From: Octopus vulgaris
Lineage: Eukaryota
NCBI GenBank assembly: GCA_951406725.2
Contig: OX597825.1
Span: forward strand, 87,978,001 to 88,042,000
Length of the DNA stretch: 64,000 nt
Reading direction: 5' to 3'
The translations under genes were made by a program, and so were the position numbers. Every line of letters starts with the position of its first letter. The stretch's first letter is position 1. Under the pieces are notes generated by a model. The model had not been told where the DNA came from and did no database searches. It saw only the letters and a program-made list of their open reading frames with translations. Positions 57,587-64,000 of this stretch are shown here, one piece after another.

Positions 57587-57881
57587 ACCCACACACATAC
57601 ATTAATTTACACAGGCATTAATTGATGCTCTCAAATCTCAGTAAATTAAACTTTTTTCCGTGTCTGAGAGCAGGCCTTGGTTGCTGCTCATAATTGTTTT
57701 CTAAAACTAATGCTAGGAAATTTAATCCTATTCATTAATATGTAGGTACACTCGCATTCCTACTCACACATATACAAACCTAACAACCATAGGCCTGCTC
57801 TCAGACACGGAAAAGTATAATTTACTGGAATTTGATAGCATCAATTGGTATAAATGCATGTGTAGATTAATGCGTGTGGGT
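57587..57881. repeat. MITE-like or fold-back inverted repeat (~85-95-bp arms, ~100-bp spacer)
   Basis: 57600-57683 versus 57784-57872, including a perfect TTTTCCGTGTCTGAGAGCAGGCCT / AGGCCTGCTCTCAGACACGGAAAA match. Confidence 0.8.
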
Positions 57882-58301
57882 ATTCTGTACCTATGTGTGT
57901 GTGTGGGAGAGAGAGAGAGAGAGTGTGTCTGTGTATAGATATACGTATATTTCTGTGTGCTACTAGGCTTGGCTATATGTATACATAAATAAGTGTACAT
58001 TTGTGTGCATACATGGCATGACATGTGAACCTAGACGTATGCTTGACGTCAAAATATGAGCATTAGTGAACATTACACAGTGAACCACTGCAACAATTTA
58101 CATATTTCACAGTCACATAAATAGCTTTTGATTATGACTTCCATAAATCGGTATGGTCATCATATTCTGTGATGCCTATCTGATCGAGAAGAGTGGGAGG
58201 CAGACAGTTAATTATATAACCAAATTTCCAAATCATTCCACATATCTACACATACGCACAGAAGCACATTTACATACACACACACACATAATGATTATAC
58301 A

Positions 58302-58377
<76 letters not shown>

Positions 58378-59294
58378 CTGATAGATAGATAGATAAATAC
58401 ACATACATATACACGTATTTTAATGTGAATTAATTTTAATGTTGAAATAGAAAATTTATTCTGCAGAATAATCGTCCTAATAAAGAGGTTTTAAATAATG
58501 GACGAATACGTGTTCGAAATAGTTTGTGTAAGCATTCATTAAAATATCGAAATTCGCTTCAATTCTCCTATCAACCCCATATATGCGCGAGAATGTTCAT
58601 TAACATCCGGCATGTGAATGTTTGTGCAGGCAACATCATTATGTGTCTCTGAATCAACGTTAGGATTTTTCTGGACAAAGCTGAGAAAACATGATGTAGA
58701 GAGATCTCAGTGGTTTATAGAGACCTTGATCTGTAGTAGTAGAGTACTTAGGAAATAGTGGTGACTTCGTAACGCTATAATTCTATTATTACAACAGGAA
58801 GTGAAAAGCTTGTCAGATATTGCTAACCTGGTCTTTGATACATTTTTGCCATAACATTTACACTTTTAGTTATAGATATCTAGTCAGAGAGTTTTCGTAG
58901 CTTACATACATGTTTGCTTGCCACAGATCGATGTCAGTGTGAATAGCAGTAATGTGTGGTTATAATTAATTCTGTGATTTCCTTGAGGAACTCTTACCAT
59001 TCAATCAGTTATATGATCAGTTGCCTTGAGAACTATCGCTCCGTCTGCAGTCAATGAATGTGATTATACGCACGTGCGAGTTGAAGCGTGTTTCCGAATG
59101 TTTAATCGATGCCATGTGTGTTACATATGGCCAGTTTGTGTAATAGTTTGCTTGCTCGTGCATTGAGTATTCATGTGTATTTGCGTACACACACAAACAC
59201 ACACACACACACACATATATATATACATATATGTATATATATATATACACACACACAGAATCACACACGGTTACACACAAACACCCACCCACAT

Positions 59295-59327
<33 letters not shown>

Positions 59328-60117
59328 GATATACATACACACGCAGCGTGTGTGTTTGTATAAATATACATGATATCTATCTATCTATCTCTCTATCTAT
59401 CTATCTATAAATATATATGTATATGTGGTGCGTGTCCACAAAGACAGTCACATACAGTCACACACACACACACACACACGCTCAGAGTGTAAGACACACT
59501 CACCCGCACAGTCACACACATACATAAACAGTAGAAATTTGCGCTTTCGTTCTCTTGTAAGTAATCTTAATTTAAAACTCTGAATATATTTATTATCTCT
59601 CACTTCCGAATTCTCTTTGTGAAAATGGCATTAAACAATTTCACTTTGACTATATTATTCCACTAAAGTCATATCTAATTTTACTTTGCATTATAGTGAA
59701 AATATAAATGTTATTCAAATATTTGATGAGTGTAATATCCAACATGTATTCCACTTTACACAGTCTAGCTATAATAAGTCATAAAGAAGTAATTTGCATT
59801 AATTTTAAAGAATATATTTAGAGTTAAACAGTTTTTAAAGCAGATGAATGGAATGAAGATATTTCATCGGTGGACAGAGGAGAAATATAAACGTATTCAT
59901 AATAACATTATAGCTTCATTGAACAAGAAGCTACTCAACAACAGCTGGGAAAGATTATGCAACGTATAACATTTTTTGATGCTGTGAACTAAATCCTATT
60001 TCCCAGGAAAGTTTGTGGTGCCGCTCTCAAAGGCGGAACTATTTATCATTTACACAGATTCCGTTGAGGTTGTAACTTGTAACAATCAAACTAAAGTGGA
60101 CATTGTTCACATAGTTG

Positions 60118-60256
60118 CAGGCATGGCTAAGTGGTAAATAGTTTGTTCCTCAATCACATGATTACATGTTCTGCAAATTCACCAGGTAACTTCTACTATA
60201 GCCTCGCAGCGAGCAAAAGGTTTTGTAAACGTAAGTTGAAAGAAGCCTGTCGAATA
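60118..60256 (+). mobile_element. Degenerate SINE (family 2)
   Basis: CAGGCATGGCTAAGTGGTAA...CTTCTACTATAGCCTCG...TGAAAGAAGCCTGTCG. Confidence 0.55.
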
Positions 60257-60299
60257 TATATCTGTCGCGTATAAGAATCCCGTCAGGCCTAATTCCAGG

Positions 60300-60900
60300 C
60301 CAAAGCTCAACACAGTATTTCTTGGTGACACCAGGGCACTCCCACCAGATAAATTTGATCACTACAAGACGCAACCACTTGGTTTACTGCAATCTCAGTC
60401 TCCAACCAAAAATGATGCACTGCGCCAAGCCTCCGGGCTAGCAGTGTATCAATACTACTGCAACCCAACAGCCATGAAGTCACTGGATGACACCTTCCAT
60501 CCAGACCTACAAGAAGGCAATTTTCGGCAGAGATGGGACTCTCACAGGGACATCATTCATAGCGCTGCACTAAGGGCCTCTGAGTGGAGGAGGAAATGAC
60601 ACAAGACTTGTTTGAGCTAAATGTGAAAGAGCTCAGTAGGCCAATTGAGGAGAGACGCACTGCCATGGGAAGCACAAACATCAACTCACCAGGGCAACGC
60701 AGCCAGCATTCAGATCATCCAAAGAGTAACGCACAGAATACAGTGAGATACTGTGGAAATTACTAGTTTACAACCATGTCGTTTGACGAGGAACGCATTC
60801 GCGGAATGTTTGAGAGTATTAAGAAAGCCATCGCCGCGACTCAGTGCAGGATAGCTTCATTCAAATCCAGAACAGGGGAAGTCGTCATCAAGAGTAAAAA
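60300..60900 (+). mobile_element. RTE-like LINE linker fragment, decayed
   Basis: QDLFELNVKELSRPIEERRTA...KSNAQNTVRYCGNY...IRGMFESIKKA..SFKSRTGEVV resembles the RTE region between APE and RT. Confidence 0.55.
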
Positions 60901-61448
60901 GGGAGTCATTTTTACCTTGTGCATCCTCGTATACCACAATGCACTTTAGTAATTTAGCCTTTTCTCGTTTGGTTTTCTGCTTTCCTGTCATACGCCACTC
61001 AGACAAACTTCACTGTGCACGGCAAATCTGATAAACACGTACAGAGTTATTTATGTAGACACCACCCTAAAGAAGAAATTGCATCAGCTTTTCCAATATT
61101 AAACAATGTTTGTAAGAAATAAAGCTTCAAATTTTAAAAAGAACACGCTTTATGAAATTTATTTCATAGTCCATGTAGTATCTGCTTCGATAGAACAAAT
61201 GTAGGCATTGCAGTGCACGCGTTCAAAAGTCGAACAGTACGTGAAGGGCAACACGAGTCAATAATTCACTCTGTCCTAATAGAATTATTTACTTATAATG
61301 GAGACAAAATATGACAAAACATCTGAATCTACGTAACTTAAATCGCAAAAAGAGATTTCGCAAATTTTAATTTCGACACATGAATTGCACTTAGTGAGTT
61401 GTCAAGAAAATATCACTGCAACTTCGTCGTACTACCATTAGTATAAAC

Positions 61449-61477
61449 ATCTGTCTGTCTGTCTGTCTATCTGTCTG

Positions 61478-61547
<70 letters not shown>

Positions 61548-61625
61548 CGCCTATCTTTCTCTCTGCCTGTCTGTCTGTGTGTGTGTGCGTGTGTGTCTCT
61601 CTGTCTGTCTACTTATCTGTCTGCA
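61449..61625. repeat. (TCTG)n/(TCTA)n microsatellite
   Basis: Directly visible. Confidence 0.9.
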
Positions 61626-61629
61626 GTCC

Positions 61630-62520
61630 GGGACCAAATTTGTGCGACTCCATTACAATGAAAGCGTTCTATAGTGGATTAGTGGAGGGGAGGTGCAACG
61701 AGGTTCCCGGGCAGAATCTGGGCGTCGACGAGGAACACTTGACCCGCCTGTTGAGGACAACTTTCGGACGGGACCTATGGGCAATTACCAAAGATCCCTG
61801 GCCTGGCAGTTTTATCAAGAAGCCCTACCTGTTCGGGATGAGCTCTACAGGTACGGTTCGAGACACACCGGACTGACTTGCCAGAGATGCGGCCAAAGCG
61901 GAGAAACCGTTCTGCACGCCCTCGTGCAGTGTCCAGCCATTTTGGACCTGTGGGCTTATGCCGAACGGCCGCTGTGATGTGTGAGACGAGTCTACCTGTC
62001 GGCCGAGTCTACTGTGGCAATTGCTCCACCACCTTCCCTCAACCGAGGAGGCAAGGCAGTCTTCATCGTACTGGTGGCCATGGAGAAAGAATGTGTGCGG
62101 TGAACACGAGCCAAAGAATTAGAGACAAACACCTACCTCTCTGGCCAATCGCTCATCAGCTTTTTCAAGTACCACTTGAAAAGGGAGGTGAGAATGGAAA
62201 GGCAGGTTTTGTCACGTGAAAGTTCCAAAAGAAGGTGGTTGAATGTAGCAAAGGTGGTGCGTATGAGTAACGAAACCCCTTTGAGAATGATCTTGTAAAT
62301 CGAAAAAAGACAGGGAGAGAGCACTTAGCTCTCATGTGTATATTTCCTCCCTGCCTGAGGTTACCGTGGTCTTTTCTGTAGTCTTTTCTTTCCACGGATG
62401 AACCTAATCTTGCTTCTTACATTTAAACAATATCTCCTGCGATACAATCCCTTTTGATCGCCTTGTTTCTTTCTTTTCCCCGCCCCTTTTGATCGGAATT
62501 TTTCTTTTTTGTTTTTCCTT
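61630..62520 (+). mobile_element. Tx1/L1-like LINE C-terminal zinc-binding region and 3'UTR, decayed
   Basis: RSLAWQFYQEALPVRDEL...CQRCGQSGETVLHALVQCP..LDLW, a zf-RVT-like CCHC motif. Confidence 0.75.
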
Positions 62521-62529
62521 TTGCATGCC

Positions 62530-62895
62530 GGAACACCGCCTTTAGTCGGGCAAATCGACCCCAGGGCTTATTCTTTGTAAGCCTAGTACTTATTCTATCG
62601 TCACTTTTGCCGAACCGCTTAGTTACGGGGACGTAAACACACCACCATCGGTTGTCAAGCGATGTTGGGGTGACAAACACACACAGGCACATACATACAT
62701 GCATACATACATATATACATATATACATATATATATATATACATATGTACGACGTGCTTCTTTCATTTTCCGTCTACCAAATCCACTCACAAGGTTTTGG
62801 TCAGCCTGAGGCTACAGAAGAAAGCGCTTGCCCAAGGTGCCACGCAGTGGGACTGAACACAGAACCATGTGGTTTGTAAGCAAGCTACTTCCCAT
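62530..62895 (-). mobile_element. tRNA-derived SINE (family 2, long form with internal microsatellite)
   Basis: Minus GGAAGTAGCTTGCTTACAAACCACATGGTTCTGTGTTCAGTCCCACTGCGTGGCACCTTGGGCAAG..., then a TA/TG tract and a 3' body. Confidence 0.8.
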
Positions 62896-63124
62896 ACAAT
62901 TAAGGATTATAAAACCCGTCTAAGGGATATTTATAACCAATGAATTACTGGTATCTTACCTATATGTGATTACGAGTATTAGTATTAATACTCATAAATG
63001 ATAGATAATGAAAGGAATAAACCGACGTTTATCTATGTTTAAGGTAAAATAACAAAATGTAAATAACATTTATAATTGATCAACATCAATATTTTTTTTA
63101 TTGATTACAAAGAATAAGACAATG

Positions 63125-63240
63125 TCTCACCTAACAGCTGTTTCTGTTTGTGCTACTTTAGGCATAATGAAGCTTAATTAATACAATATTAGTTATTATC
63201 CCATATCCCTGTTAATAATTATACCAACTTCATCAGTGCG
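63125..63240 (-). ncRNA. Hammerhead-like motif: intact core, long loop 2, weak helix I
   Basis: Minus CTGATGA-A-GTTGGT...ACAAAC-A-GAAA-CAGCTG-TT, with palindromic helix III ACAGCTGT and AATAAA ~30 nt downstream. Confidence 0.5.
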
Positions 63241-64000
63241 GAAGAATAACGAGAAATAGAAAAAAGAGAAATAGAAAAAAATACGGATATATCTATTGAA
63301 AATACTTGGTATCTCCTAGAGGAATGGGGCATAAACAAACATATATTCTCTAAATATAATTGAAACTATTTTATAATTACCCTGTATCTTCCACAATAGA
63401 ATTCATAGATTTTTACCCCTAACCAGAGATGACTATAACCTTAATTAATTTCTACCCCCTACTATTTTTATAATAACATATAAGTAAGTGTGTATATATC
63501 TGTATATATGGTTGTGTGTGTATATGTAAATATACACCTATGTATGCATATAGATATACAAGTATTGATATGTGTGTGACGAGACGTGCTCGTGTGTGAG
63601 TTCGATCATGGTGTACATATATATACACACTTATACACAATATTTTTCTCGGTTTTATCTTGTTTCATATTACGACCCCTCTTTTATGTCAACTGAAAAA
63701 CTATATAACCGATTCTAAATTATTATTTACATAAAAATATATTATGTAATAAAATTACACATACACATTAAGTGTTATTATTGTAGCTACGGATACATAA
63801 ATATAGATATAGCCCGTCCAACAACGCAAACATTTTAGATAATATAACACATAAAGAATACTTGTTAAATATTCTTAACCACTTGAAAAATACATAAATA
63901 AGCTTTAAATATTATTTGAAAATCAATAATTGCCTCCCCTTAAAGATTGATGATTTCTCCTCTGTTTTCTACTATTTATCTGAGTGGATATAAGCGACCA

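Overview
Repeat-dominated, gene-free eukaryotic DNA. It is AT-rich with very long (TA)n tracts and tRNA-derived SINEs; the repeat repertoire resembles octopus/cephalopod genomes, which is an inference. No host exon could be supported. Contents: (i) CR1-clade (Zenon-like) LINE copies of about three families, nearly all embedded in (TA)n, including one uninterrupted ~1009-aa APE+RT frame (25344-28373, minus) and a detached CCCH zinc-finger piece; (ii) many decayed R4/Dong-like RLE LINE fragments tied to (TAA)n; (iii) Tx1/L1-like and RTE-like relics; (iv) about ten Penelope-like termini with type I hammerhead-ribozyme motifs, three with intact cores, many 85-140 bp from a (TA)n tract; (v) several local fold-back inversions, notably a ~1.19-kb near-perfect palindrome centred on (TA)n (22887-24075). 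The leading candidate system is (TA)n acting as a landing pad and fragile site for CR1 LINEs and hammerhead-bearing retroelements. All alignments were done by eye, so boundaries are approximate.
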